DNA of 64,000 nucleotides from a virus (lineage: Duplodnaviria; Caudoviricetes), in the IMG/VR virus record IMGVR_UViG_3300042196_000163, positions 1 to 64,000 of that record; one strand, written 5' to 3'. Below the pieces are notes generated by a model, which did no database searches, was not told where the DNA came from, and saw only the letters and a list, made by a program, of their open reading frames with translations. Of this stretch, positions 1 through 9,947 are shown piece by piece (position 1 is the stretch's first letter; each line of letters starts with the position of its first letter). The translations under genes and the position numbers were made by a program.

Positions 1-45
1 GTTTCGTGTGCAGCGCCGCATATTGAATTTTGGAACTGAAATTTA

Positions 46-444
46 ATGGGTATCAGAGGACCAAAGCCCAAGCCGACGCATCTCAAACTCGTCCTCGGCA
101 ATCCCGGCGATCGACCGCTGCCGGAGGGCGAGCCGGATCCCGGCGGCAAACCAGCCAAACCGCACTGGTTGAAGGGCCGCCCAGCGGAACTCTGGGATGA
201 GGTGCTCGGCTTCGCGTTCTGGCTGACCCAGGCCGACAGCTACAAGCTCGCAGCCTGGTGCGACCGCCAGGCCGAATTCGAAAAACCAAAAACGCGCCGC
301 GAATGGACAGCAGCGGATCGGCGCGAGCACCGCTCGCTGGGTTCGGAAATCGGGCTCGATCCGGCGTCCCGCGCGCGACTGGGGCATTCCGCTGGTGGCA
401 AGCTCACGAAAACGCCGACCTCCCGGTTCTTCGGGGACAAGTGA
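46..444 (+). CDS. terS: Terminase small subunit (P27-like)
   Basis: N-terminal GPKPKPTHLKLVLGNPG and C-terminal GLDPASRARL motifs; lies directly upstream of the large terminase. Confidence 0.9.
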   Translation: MGIRGPKPKPTHLKLVLGNPGDRPLPEGEPDPGGKPAKPHWLKGRPAELWDEVLGFAFWLTQADSYKLAAWCDRQAEFEKPKTRREWTAADRREHRSLGSEIGLDPASRARLGHSAGGKLTKTPTSRFFGDK

Positions 445-2149
445 CCGCGCGACTGCCTATGCGAAGGCGGTCGTCGCGAAGCGCATCATTGCCGGGCCCC
501 ATGTCCGCGACGCCTGTAAACGGCACCTCGCCGACCTGAAAGACGGCGCGAAGCGCGGGCTGCGGTGGGATCTAGCCGCGCAGGATCACGTCATCGCGTT
601 TTTCCGCGAGGTCTTACGCCTCGCCGGCGGCGAGCATGAGGGGAAGCCATTCGAAGTTGAGGGCTGGCAGGCCTTCGTCCTGGGCTCGCTCTTCGGTTGG
701 AAGCGAGCCGATGGCCGTCGACGGTTTCGGATGGCGTTCGTTGAAACAGCGAAGGGGTCTGGAAAGTCACCGCTCGCTGCTGGCATTGGCTTGTACATGG
801 AAACCGCCGACGCCGAGCCGCGCGCTGAAATCTACGCCGCGGCCAGCAAGAAAGACCAGGCGCAGATCCTGTTTCGCGACGCCGTCGCTATGGTCGATCA
901 GTCGCCTGACCTTGCCAACCGGATAACAAAATCAGGCGGTCCCGGCAAGGAGTGGAATCTCGCCTATCTGGCGACGGGCTCATTCTTCCGGCCGATTTCG
1001 AGCGATGACAACCAGTCGGGGCCGCGGCCGTCCTGCGCGCTGCTCGACGAGATTCACGAACATCGCGACCCGATGATGGTCGAAATGATGCTGGCGGGCG
1101 TCAAGGGCCGTGCACAGCCGCTGATCTTCATGATCACGAATAGCGGCATCGACCGGAAGTCAGTTTGCTTCCGCTATCACAAATATGGGACAGAGGTCGC
1201 GGCTGGCCACCGCAAGGATGACGGTTTCTTCGCGTACATCTGCGCCCTCGATAAGGCGGATGATCCGTTCAAAAGCAAAAAATGCTGGGTCAAGGCAAAC
1301 CCCAGCCTGGGCATCACGATCCACGCCGATTATCTCGAGACCCAGCTAACGCAGGCGCGCGGGATGCCGGCCAAGGAAAGCATCGTCCGCCGCCTGAATT
1401 TCTGCCAGTGGGTTCAGTCAATCGCGCGCGTCTTCGACCCGGAGAAATGGGACGCCGTCCAAGCCGACGTCGACCTGGAATCTCTTCGCGGCGAGGTCGC
1501 CAATGCGGCGCTCGATTTGTCCGGCAAGAACGATTTGACGGCGCTGACGCTGACGTTCCCTGAAGTGCAGCCGATGCCCGCGGTCACAATCTTCTGGACG
1601 CCGGCGGACACAATGATCCGGCGCAGCGAGCGCGACGGCGTGCCCTATGAGCAGTGGCAAAAGGATGGCGCGATTGAGGCAACCCCGGGCACGTCGATCG
1701 ACTATGCGTTCGTCGCCAAGAAAATCGGCGAACTGGCTTCGATGTTCGATCTTCGCGAGCTCGCTTATGACCGCTACCGCTTCGACGATTTGAAGCGAGA
1801 ATTGGATGCAGAGGGTGTCGATAGTCATTGGGCGGACGAAGACGGAGACGGGATCGCGCTCGTCAAGTACGGCCAGGGCTTCGTGGACATGGCGCCCGCG
1901 GTCGACGCAATCGAGACGGCCATCAACAATTTGACGATCCGGATCGCGCGCAATCCAGCCATGGAGATGTGCGCGGCGAATGTCGTCGCCGAGCAGGATG
2001 CAGCCGGCAATCGCAAATTTACTAAGGCAAAATCCACGGGCCGTATCGATGGCGTCGTGTCCCTCGCGATGGCAACGCGCCGCGCCGCGCTGGTCGGCGA
2101 GCGGTCCGGTAGCATTTACAGCGACGGCCGCGACCTCGTCCTGATCTAA
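395..2149 (+). CDS. terL: Terminase large subunit
   Basis: Walker A-like TAKGSGKS, Walker B LLDEIHEH, nuclease motifs LDLSGKNDLTA and IDGVVSL; start codon uncertain. Confidence 0.97.
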   Translation: MASSRKRRPPGSSGTSDRATAYAKAVVAKRIIAGPHVRDACKRHLADLKDGAKRGLRWDLAAQDHVIAFFREVLRLAGGEHEGKPFEVEGWQAFVLGSLFGWKRADGRRRFRMAFVETAKGSGKSPLAAGIGLYMETADAEPRAEIYAAASKKDQAQILFRDAVAMVDQSPDLANRITKSGGPGKEWNLAYLATGSFFRPISSDDNQSGPRPSCALLDEIHEHRDPMMVEMMLAGVKGRAQPLIFMITNSGIDRKSVCFRYHKYGTEVAAGHRKDDGFFAYICALDKADDPFKSKKCWVKANPSLGITIHADYLETQLTQARGMPAKESIVRRLNFCQWVQSIARVFDPEKWDAVQADVDLESLRGEVANAALDLSGKNDLTALTLTFPEVQPMPAVTIFWTPADTMIRRSERDGVPYEQWQKDGAIEATPGTSIDYAFVAKKIGELASMFDLRELAYDRYRFDDLKRELDAEGVDSHWADEDGDGIALVKYGQGFVDMAPAVDAIETAINNLTIRIARNPAMEMCAANVVAEQDAAGNRKFTKAKSTGRIDGVVSLAMATRRAALVGERSGSIYSDGRDLVLI

Positions 2150-2160
2150 GCGGAGGCGCA

Positions 2161-3471
2161 ATGGGCATTCTGTCGCGCGTCGCCGCATGGCTGCAGCGCT
2201 CGAACGAACCGGAATGGTTTCGCGAGTGGGCGCTACAAAATAAATCCGCCACCGGGATCAATATCTCGCAATGGCGCGCTATGCAGGCCTCCACCGTCAT
2301 GGCGTGTGTTGCGATTCGGTCGATCGACGTCGCCAAGCTGCCGAAACACGTCTACCGCGCTAAGCGCAACGGCGGCCAGGCGGTTGTCAAGGACCACCCG
2401 CTCGAGCTGCTGCTGCGCAAGCCAAATGCATGGCAGACCGGCCTCGAGTTCTTCGAGCAGATGCAGGCCGCGTTTCTGCTGCTTGGCAACGCGTACGCCG
2501 CGATCGCGAGAAACGGGCGCGGCGAGCCACTGGCGCTGATCCCCGTCAATCCAACAAGGGTCCAGCTCTATGAATCGACGGATGGATCGCTTTTTTACGC
2601 AGTTTCACGAACAAACGGACACGAAAATGCAGTTTTGAGCGGGTTTCCGCAGGTAATTCCAGCCGCAGATATCCTGCATCTGCGCTGGATCAGCTTCAAT
2701 GGGCTGCTCGGATTGTCGCGAATCAGCCTGGCGCGTGACGCGATCGGCCTCAGCCTGGCACAAGAGCAACTTGCAGCGATGCTGTTCGACAACGGCGCCA
2801 ACCTCGGCGGCTATCTCCACACCGACAAGACTCTTAAGCCGGACACCCTAGCGCGACTCAAGGTTCAGTGGAACGCAAACTATAGCGGCCTCAACAACGC
2901 CGGCAAAACCGCTGTGCTTGAGGAGGGGCTAAAGCACGCGCGCGCCGGTATGACAGCGGTTGAAGCTGACATGGACAAGCAGCGCCGTTTTCAGGTCGAG
3001 GAGATCGCGCGCGATTTCGATGTGCCGGCGCACCGCCTCGGCATTATGCCCGAGGGCGGCGGGCAAGCCATCCTTCAGGCGCAGCAAGCCTACATCAACA
3101 ATACGGTGACTTCGGATGTCGAGCGTTGGGAGGCTAAGCTCAACGACGCATTCGGTTTGGACGGCGAGAAGCAGTTCGTCGAGTTCGATGTCGACGCCTT
3201 CAACCGCGCCGATATCCAGGCGCGCTATACAGCCTACCGCACCGGCATCGTTGGGACATTCCTAACCCCTAACGACGCCAGACGCATGGAGGGGTTGCCT
3301 AAGGACGAAAATGGCGACGTCTTGCTGCAGCCGATGAATGTAGCGCCTCTCGGCGCCGTTCCTTTGAAGCCATCCGCCGGCGGACCGGGAAGCGACACGA
3401 CGGGCGCGCCGGCCCCTGGCGGCGACGGCGATCCAGCTGCAGTCCCCGAAGACAGCATTCCGGGCGGATAG
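2161..3471 (+). CDS. Portal protein, HK97 family
   Basis: HPLELLLRKPN, LLGNAY, GLSRISLAR, FDNGA, LTPNDARRMEGLP motifs; position after terL. Confidence 0.96.
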   Translation: MGILSRVAAWLQRSNEPEWFREWALQNKSATGINISQWRAMQASTVMACVAIRSIDVAKLPKHVYRAKRNGGQAVVKDHPLELLLRKPNAWQTGLEFFEQMQAAFLLLGNAYAAIARNGRGEPLALIPVNPTRVQLYESTDGSLFYAVSRTNGHENAVLSGFPQVIPAADILHLRWISFNGLLGLSRISLARDAIGLSLAQEQLAAMLFDNGANLGGYLHTDKTLKPDTLARLKVQWNANYSGLNNAGKTAVLEEGLKHARAGMTAVEADMDKQRRFQVEEIARDFDVPAHRLGIMPEGGGQAILQAQQAYINNTVTSDVERWEAKLNDAFGLDGEKQFVEFDVDAFNRADIQARYTAYRTGIVGTFLTPNDARRMEGLPKDENGDVLLQPMNVAPLGAVPLKPSAGGPGSDTTGAPAPGGDGDPAAVPEDSIPGG

Positions 3472-3530
3472 ACCAAACCGACACAGCAAATCCTCGCAGC
3501 CACGAGGATCAGCGCAACTCCGAATCCCGA

Positions 3531-3609
3531 TCTTCATCGGCGCTCGGCGGTTGCTTTACCGCGACCCCTTGCTTTGCGCCATGCGTGGCGGGCCGAGCGC
3601 CGATGAGGA
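3531..3609 (+). promoter_or_regulatory. Long RNA stem sequestering the RBS of the downstream nuclease gene
   Basis: TCTTCATCGGCGCTCGGC (3531-3548) pairs with GCCGAGCGCCGATGAGGA (3592-3609), 17 Watson-Crick pairs plus one G-U; the 3' arm contains GAGGA just before the ATG at 3616. Confidence 0.7.
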
Positions 3610-3615
3610 CACTTC

Positions 3616-4686
3616 ATGGGAAAAGAACTTCGGGCCGATTTCACGATTCCGTCCGCCTTTCCGCACGGCGGAAAAATCTCACGGCTGCCCGACGGGCTCG
3701 TGCACGCGGCGAACGCTGAATATCTTCTCGGGTCCGCGGCCGTCTTGGGCGGCAGCGGCTTAATCAATGGCTTGCAGATTGCGTTACGCACTTATCGCAT
3801 GGAGGCGAATCTCCTCGCACTGATCAATCTCGAAGCCGAGGCGCAGACGTTCCCATCCATCGGGTTGTGGGTCGTCGTCGACAAGGCCCGGCCACAGCTC
3901 AGCAGGCTGATGCACGACGTGCTGCCGCCAACCGGCCTGCAGCCAGGGGTCACGCTACGGATCGACGAGGAAGGCAAGCCGCACCGGACGTTCACGTGCG
4001 ATTTGATGCCGCTGATTTCGACGGCAGCCTCTGTTGTCGGATCTCACGTCGTTTACAGCCACGTTTTCGTGCGTGAGCAGGACGGTCAGAAGGGCGAAGG
4101 ACGTGGGTATGTCGGTGTCACACGCCAAGGCTGGGAGCAGCGCTGGCAACAGCATGTTGCAGCCGCGGAGCGAGGCTCGCCGTATCTGTTTCACAAGGCG
4201 GTCGCCGAGTTTCTTACGGCTGCTGCGCCTGGCGATTGGGAAAGGCACTCGATCATCGGTTGCGGCCTAAGCCATGCCGACGCGATGAATCTGGAAGAGT
4301 TGGTCGTCGACCAATGCTCGCTATATCCGAGGGGCTTGAATATGATTCCCGGCGGCTTCGCCGGAATCAGGTATTTGGCGAAACAGGGTTTCGGGGCCGC
4401 CGTGAAAAATTGGGATCACCGGCACCTAATCATCCGCCGCTTCGCTGAACACTGCGAGCGAGCCCAAAGACCGAACCCGCTCGCGGCTGCTCTGTGGCGC
4501 GACGACGGCTACGCCGCAAATATCATCTGCGCCAATCCAAACAATTTTACCGCTGAAGACGTGGCGCTCGTGCGGCTGCTCGATAGCTACGGCAAAACAC
4601 CAATCGAGATTGCCGCACAGCTTGAATGTCGCGAAGAGCGGGTTCGCAACCTCCTGCGCGGCGAAACCTATTCGCGTGTCCACTAG
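3616..4686 (+). CDS. Free-standing GIY-YIG-like nuclease (homing-endonuclease-like)
   Basis: VVY...GYVGVTRQGWEQRWQQH, a later E, and LNMIPGG match the GIY-YIG pattern; C-terminal HTH-like segment; inserted between portal and protease. Confidence 0.7.
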   Translation: MGKELRADFTIPSAFPHGGKISRLPDGLVHAANAEYLLGSAAVLGGSGLINGLQIALRTYRMEANLLALINLEAEAQTFPSIGLWVVVDKARPQLSRLMHDVLPPTGLQPGVTLRIDEEGKPHRTFTCDLMPLISTAASVVGSHVVYSHVFVREQDGQKGEGRGYVGVTRQGWEQRWQQHVAAAERGSPYLFHKAVAEFLTAAAPGDWERHSIIGCGLSHADAMNLEELVVDQCSLYPRGLNMIPGGFAGIRYLAKQGFGAAVKNWDHRHLIIRRFAEHCERAQRPNPLAAALWRDDGYAANIICANPNNFTAEDVALVRLLDSYGKTPIEIAAQLECREERVRNLLRGETYSRVH

Positions 4687-4699
4687 CGAGAGGCCCGTT

Positions 4700-5668
4700 A
4701 TGCCCCAGAAATTCATAGCGCCCGACGCCTTCCGCGCGATCGCGCGCGCGGGCGGCACGCCGACAGAGGGCGTGCTGCATGCTCTCGCCGCGTCGCCGGA
4801 GAGCGTTGATGAGCAGAGCCGGCGGCTGCGCTACTGCTGCTCCGACAACTCCATCGATCTTGCGGGTGATAACATTGAGCAGGACGGATGGGATCTTAGC
4901 CAGATCAAGCGCAATAACCCCGCGCTCTGGGCGCACATGTCATACGAGCCGCCCATTGGCAAGGTCGTGGATGTCGGGGTGGAGCGCGGCCGCTTGATGG
5001 GGACGATCCAATTCGCCACGGCTGAGGAATATTCATTCGCAGACACAATTTTTCGCCTCGCCAAGGGCGGGTACATCAACGCCGTCTCGGTCGGTTTCAT
5101 CCCCACCGAATGGACCTTCGTCGAAGACAAGGACCGGCCCTACGGGATTACCTTCAAGAAGCAAACCCTGCTCGAAGTGTCTCTGTGTCCAATCCCCTGC
5201 AATAGCAATGCGCTGCAGGAAGGAAAAGCTGCGGGCATTGATATTGCGCCTCTGCGCGAATGGATCGAGCGGCAGCTCGATGGCGAAGGCCAGGCCGTGC
5301 TGCCCCGCAAGCAGCTCGAATCCATCCTCGCACTGCCGGAGAAATTTCGCGGCATCGCGAAGACGCTGCCTGCGGCCGCAAAGGGCGCCCGCGGCCAGCT
5401 ATTGCGGTGCGCCAACATCGCGGAGCGCGAGATCAAGGTCGAGGCCGAAGAGGTCGTCGCAGACGACGATGTCGCCGCTGAGAACGCCGCCGCGCAAGAG
5501 CAGGAATCGCCAGCGACGCCAGCCGGGCCGGAGACCGCCGGCGACGCCCCGGCCACGGCGCCGCCGGAAAGCGCCGCCGCGCCGGAAGCTGCGGAAGCAT
5601 CCGCCGAGACGCCGAATCTCGATATGGCCATGCGTAAGCTGGCCATCATCAAGCACCAGCTACCCTGA
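4700..5668 (+). CDS. Prohead protease, HK97 family, with an Ala/Pro/Glu-rich C-terminal extension
   Basis: NPALWAH, PIGKV, AVSVGFIP, LLEVSLCPIPCN motifs; likely start ATG 4700. Confidence 0.93.
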   Translation: MPQKFIAPDAFRAIARAGGTPTEGVLHALAASPESVDEQSRRLRYCCSDNSIDLAGDNIEQDGWDLSQIKRNNPALWAHMSYEPPIGKVVDVGVERGRLMGTIQFATAEEYSFADTIFRLAKGGYINAVSVGFIPTEWTFVEDKDRPYGITFKKQTLLEVSLCPIPCNSNALQEGKAAGIDIAPLREWIERQLDGEGQAVLPRKQLESILALPEKFRGIAKTLPAAAKGARGQLLRCANIAEREIKVEAEEVVADDDVAAENAAAQEQESPATPAGPETAGDAPATAPPESAAAPEAAEASAETPNLDMAMRKLAIIKHQLP

Positions 5669-5767
5669 TTTCAGCCATCAACCCGTAAGGGTTTCCCGCT
5701 CAGCGAAGGGCGGAGACGTGGGCCGTGCGATTCCGCGCGGCCTTATCCGGACATTTGAGGAAAAACC

Positions 5768-7096
5768 ATGTCCAACCGTCTCAACGGCCTTCGCGAAAAG
5801 CAGGGCCAAACTCACGACACCATGGAGGCCTTGCTGAAAAAGGCTTCCGACGAAAAGCGCGATCTGACGCCGGACGAGCAGCAGGCGTTCGATGAACTCG
5901 AGAAGGAGTTCAAGGAGCGCATCAAGGATATCGCGCGCGAAGAGAGCGTCATTGCCATCAAGGCGGCGCTCGCGAAACCGATCGACATCCCAGGCAACGA
6001 CAAGCCCGCCAAGGTGGCGCCGACCCCCCGCGTCCGCTATGCCCGCCTCAAGGCGTTCAAGGGCGACGATGCCGAGGACAACGCCTATCGCTCCGGCATG
6101 TTCATCCGCGCTACGCTGATGGGCGACGAGGGCGCTCGGGCGTGGTGCAAGGAGCACGGCGTCGCGATCGTCAAGGCGCAGTCGGAAGGCGTCAACACGG
6201 CCGGCGGCTTCCTCGTCCCGACGCAGTTCGAGCAGGCCGTCATCGACTTGCGCGAGGAATACGGCGTCTTCCGCATGCAGTGCAAGGTCGTCCCGATGGG
6301 CTCGGACTCGATGACGATCCCGCGGCGCAGCGGCGGCATCCAGGCCTATTTCGTCGGCGAGAACCAGCAGATCACCGAATCCCAGAAGTCCTGGGATCAG
6401 GTGCAGCTGGTTGCCAAGAAGATCGGCGCGCTCGCGCGCATGTCGACGGAACTCGCCGAGGATGCGGTCATCAACATTGCGGACGATCTGGCGCAGGAAA
6501 TGGCCTACGCCTTCGCCGTCCTCGAGGATGCTTGCGGCTGGAACGGCGATGGCACCGCGACGTATGGCGGAATCGTCGGTGCCCGCACCAAGATCGTCGA
6601 CGGCACGCATACCGCGTCCGCCATCGATGCGATCTCCGGTCACGACACCTTCGCCGAGATCGACGCGGTGGATCTGTCGAACGTGATGGGCGCCCTGCCC
6701 AAGTATGCCGAGCGCGGCGCCAAATGGTACACCTCGCAGCCTGGTTGGGCGGTGGTCTTCCAGCGGCTCATCCAAGCGGCCGGCGGCACCACGATGTCCG
6801 AGCTCACCGGCGGCAAGCCGAAGCGGTCCTACCTCGGCTATGAGGTCGTGATCGACCAGACCCTGCCCACGATCTTGACCGCACAGAACAACGTCGCGAT
6901 GCTGTTCTTCGGCGATCTCTCCCTCGCGGCGCGCCTGGGCGAACGCCGCGGCATCACGGTCAAGACGTCGGGTGAGCGCTGGTTCGAATATGACCAGATG
7001 GGCATCCAGGCGACGGAGCGCGTGGACATCAACGTCCACGATCTCGGCACCAACTCGGTCGCCGGCCCGCTCATCGCGCTCGTCGGCAACACGTAA
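5768..7096 (+). CDS. Major capsid protein, HK97 fold, with N-terminal coiled-coil delta domain
   Basis: GGFLVP, LFFGDL, ERVDINV motifs; strong RBS GAGGAAAAACC; position after protease. Confidence 0.96.
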   Translation: MSNRLNGLREKQGQTHDTMEALLKKASDEKRDLTPDEQQAFDELEKEFKERIKDIAREESVIAIKAALAKPIDIPGNDKPAKVAPTPRVRYARLKAFKGDDAEDNAYRSGMFIRATLMGDEGARAWCKEHGVAIVKAQSEGVNTAGGFLVPTQFEQAVIDLREEYGVFRMQCKVVPMGSDSMTIPRRSGGIQAYFVGENQQITESQKSWDQVQLVAKKIGALARMSTELAEDAVINIADDLAQEMAYAFAVLEDACGWNGDGTATYGGIVGARTKIVDGTHTASAIDAISGHDTFAEIDAVDLSNVMGALPKYAERGAKWYTSQPGWAVVFQRLIQAAGGTTMSELTGGKPKRSYLGYEVVIDQTLPTILTAQNNVAMLFFGDLSLAARLGERRGITVKTSGERWFEYDQMGIQATERVDINVHDLGTNSVAGPLIALVGNT

Positions 7097-7098
7097 GC

Positions 7099-7371
7099 GT
7101 GCGGAAGATCAGCGGGGACGTGAGGCTGGAACCACGCGGCGCAGGCCGCGCGGTTCTCGTCTTGCGGTCCGACACGGGCGAAACGTTCGGCATCGAACGC
7201 TCGCCCGACCAGCTCGCCGATCTGCGTGACGGGATCGACAAGATCCTCACCGCGGAGACCCAGCGCAGACGCGACGAAGCCGCCAAGCACGCGGCCGAGG
7301 AACGGCAGCGCAAGGCGGCGGACCAAGCCGACGAACCCAAAGCCGAGGCCGCCGCGCCGACGCAAAGCTGA
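7099..7371 (+). CDS. Hypothetical head-associated protein
   Basis: Compact ORF immediately after the capsid stop codon. Confidence 0.55.
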   Translation: MRKISGDVRLEPRGAGRAVLVLRSDTGETFGIERSPDQLADLRDGIDKILTAETQRRRDEAAKHAAEERQRKAADQADEPKAEAAAPTQS

Positions 7372-7394
7372 GCCGGGATTTCCGGCGGAAAGGA

Positions 7395-7844
7395 TTGAAC
7401 ATGCTTCCCCAACTGAAAAGCGTCGTCGCGGTCAACGCCGTCTCGGCGACCAACGGCGCCACGACCACCGGCATCATCGACACCCTCGGCTACGATTACG
7501 CGACCGTCGACATCATAGCCGCGACCGCGGATGTCGTCAGCAATGCGCCGTCGGTGCTGAAACTGCAGGAGGCCGACACCACCGATGCGACGAACTTCGC
7601 GGACATCGTCGGGCTGCGCGGCGGGACGGATTTCACGATCCCGAACGCCAACACAGCGGCGACCGCCGTGCTGCAGAATCTCTACAAGTTCAACGTCGAT
7701 ATGCGCGGCCGCAAACGCTATCTGCGGTCGGTCTACTCGCCCCGCACGACTCAGGTCTCGACCGTTCTCGCAAACATGGGCCGCGGCGAGCAGGCGCCGA
7801 TCACGGCCGCGAAGTGCAACGCGATGACGCTGGCCGAGGTCTAA
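7395..7844 (+). CDS. Capsid cement/decoration protein, Bbp16-like
   Basis: LQEADTTDATNFAD and RKRYLRSVY resemble BPP-1 Bbp16-type cement proteins; Thr-rich; located after the capsid gene. Confidence 0.6.
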   Translation: MNMLPQLKSVVAVNAVSATNGATTTGIIDTLGYDYATVDIIAATADVVSNAPSVLKLQEADTTDATNFADIVGLRGGTDFTIPNANTAATAVLQNLYKFNVDMRGRKRYLRSVYSPRTTQVSTVLANMGRGEQAPITAAKCNAMTLAEV

Positions 7845-7928
7845 GCCTCGATCAGCGCATCGACTACAGCCCAAGGCGTGCCGGCCCGCCAGCCGGCACG
7901 CCTCCTCCTCCCGCCAGAGGAAACTGCA

Positions 7929-9092
7929 ATGAAACTCGACCTCGGCGCCGGCCGCCAATCGCCGGACGGCTATATGCCGCTGGGCCGCGACCACGGCTCC
8001 GAAATCTTCCCGCTTCCATTCCCGGATTCGTCGATTGACGCTGTGCGCGCCAGTCACTGCCTGGAACATTTCCCCCACGCGCAGATCCCGGATGTCCTCG
8101 CGGAATGGGTGAGGGTTCTGAAACCCGGCGGCAGGCTCCGCATTGCGGTGCCGGACTTCGCAAAGATCGCCAAGCGCTACCAGGAAGGCGCAGTACAGCC
8201 GACCGAGGCCTACATCATGGGCGGCCAGGTCGACGCCAGCGACTTCCACAAAGCGCTATTCGACGAGCCGACTCTCTCTAAACTGCTCTCCGCCGCGGGC
8301 CTGCTGCTGATCCGCCGTTGGCACTCCGAGATCGAAGGCGACTGCGCGGCGCTGCCGATCAGCCTCAACCTCGAGGGGGCCAAACCACATCGGGCCGGCA
8401 TGTCTGTCTCGATGGTGATGAGCCTGCCGCGGCTGACCTGGACGGCAAACACGGCCTGCAATATGGAGGCCCTGAGCGAGCTGCAGCGCACGCTGCGCAT
8501 CACCCCGAGGTTCTACTCCGGCGCCTATTGGGAGCAATGTCTGGAACGCGCGATTGAGGAATCGATCGAGCAGGACAAGCCCGACGCGATCCTAACGCTG
8601 GATTACGACACCATCTTCACGCCAAACAACGTCCGCCGGCTGGTCTCGCTGATGATGGTCTATCCCGAAGCGGACGCAATCGCCCCAATCCAGGCCGCGC
8701 GTGGAAACGATCTGCCGCTGTTCACGATGGCCGCCTCGCCCGGCGCTGACGGCCCGGTGCCGCGCGAGATATTCGGCGACGATCTGACCCCTGTGCGCAC
8801 CGCGCATTTCGGTCTCACATTGCTGAGCGCTGCAAAGTTGCGTGCGCTGCCGAAGCCCTGGTTTCACAGCGTGCCCGCTCCAGATGGAACCTGGGGCAAC
8901 GGGCGCCGCGATGCGGACATCGCGTTCTGGCAGAAGTGGGCCGCCGCAGGCCACACGCTCTTCCTTGGAAACCGAGTCACGGTTGGCCATCTCGAGCTGA
9001 TGGTCAAATGGCCAGGCGCTGATCAAAGGGCGATTTACCAGGAAGCAACAGACTGGCGCAGCCACGGCGCGCCGGCCGATGCCTGGAAATGA
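7929..9092 (+). CDS. Class I SAM methyltransferase fused to a GT-A (GT2-like) glycosyltransferase domain
   Basis: N-terminal LDLGAG, SHCLEH, RVLKPGG; C-terminal LTLDYD (DxD), HFGLTLL, DADIAF, VTVGH. Confidence 0.8.
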   Translation: MKLDLGAGRQSPDGYMPLGRDHGSEIFPLPFPDSSIDAVRASHCLEHFPHAQIPDVLAEWVRVLKPGGRLRIAVPDFAKIAKRYQEGAVQPTEAYIMGGQVDASDFHKALFDEPTLSKLLSAAGLLLIRRWHSEIEGDCAALPISLNLEGAKPHRAGMSVSMVMSLPRLTWTANTACNMEALSELQRTLRITPRFYSGAYWEQCLERAIEESIEQDKPDAILTLDYDTIFTPNNVRRLVSLMMVYPEADAIAPIQAARGNDLPLFTMAASPGADGPVPREIFGDDLTPVRTAHFGLTLLSAAKLRALPKPWFHSVPAPDGTWGNGRRDADIAFWQKWAAAGHTLFLGNRVTVGHLELMVKWPGADQRAIYQEATDWRSHGAPADAWK

Positions 9093-9688
9093 GTTTCGCG
9101 TGGCTGGAAGAGCGGGCATATAACACCTACTCGCAATTCGGCGAAGACGGAATCATTGAGGCGGTATTCGAGAGGATTGGGATCGCCAACAATTGGTGCG
9201 TGGAATGCGGCGCATCGGACGGGATCTTCTTCAGCAATACCCGCCAGCTGATCGTGAACGGCTGGCGCGCCGTGTTGATCGAGTCCGATAAAGCGGCCTT
9301 TCGAAGGTTGACTGAAAACTGCGCGGCTTTCGGCGGTCGCGTCCACTGCCTCTGTGAAACGGTCGATGCAAAAAACCGGTTGGAGCCAATTCTGGCCGGT
9401 TGCGGCGCGCCAGCCGACATTGACTTGGCCGTTATCGATGTCGACGGACAGGACTACTACCTGTTCAACTCATTGCTGCGCTACCGCCCGCGCGTCGTGA
9501 TCGTCGAATACGATCCCCACGCCGACAGCGACTTCATTCCAGATCTCGGTGGTGCAGGGCAGGCCGGGCTGAGCGCCCTTCATCGGCTCGCATTCGGCAA
9601 ATTCTACACACCCGTTTATCAGAATTTTTGCAACGCCGTGTTCGTCCGGCAGCCACTCTGCCGCTTGCTGAGCAGTGACTCCGACTGA
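9089..9688 (+). CDS. FkbM-like methyltransferase
   Basis: YSQFGEDGII, VECGASDG, SNTR, IDVDGQDY motifs. Confidence 0.8.
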   Translation: MSFAWLEERAYNTYSQFGEDGIIEAVFERIGIANNWCVECGASDGIFFSNTRQLIVNGWRAVLIESDKAAFRRLTENCAAFGGRVHCLCETVDAKNRLEPILAGCGAPADIDLAVIDVDGQDYYLFNSLLRYRPRVVIVEYDPHADSDFIPDLGGAGQAGLSALHRLAFGKFYTPVYQNFCNAVFVRQPLCRLLSSDSD

Positions 9689-9947
9689 CGATGCGTACCA
9701 AAAAAGCCACCCGACAGGAGGCATGGAAATGAGCGTGCGCGCCGAAGTCGTCATCGCCCACGGGCAATACAGCAAGGGCCACATCATCCCGGAGATGCCG
9801 GGGAATGTCTTTCGCACGCTCAAGGCTCGCGGGCTTGTCCGCGAGGCCAATGACTCGACGAAGGCAATAGCAGCGCCGGTCGATCGCATGATTCGCGCTA
9901 ACGATGTTCTCAGCAAGGTGCGGCGCAGACACGGCGGCAACGACTGA
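9675..9947 (+). CDS. Small hypothetical protein
   Basis: ORF fills the gap in a tightly coupled operon; start uncertain. Confidence 0.5.
   Translation: MTPTDDAYQKSHPTGGMEMSVRAEVVIAHGQYSKGHIIPEMPGNVFRTLKARGLVREANDSTKAIAAPVDRMIRANDVLSKVRRRHGGND

Noticed and set aside
1-45. cos packaging site at the window start
   Set aside because: The position upstream of a P27-type terS fits, but only 45 nt are visible and no cohesive-end sequence can be identified.
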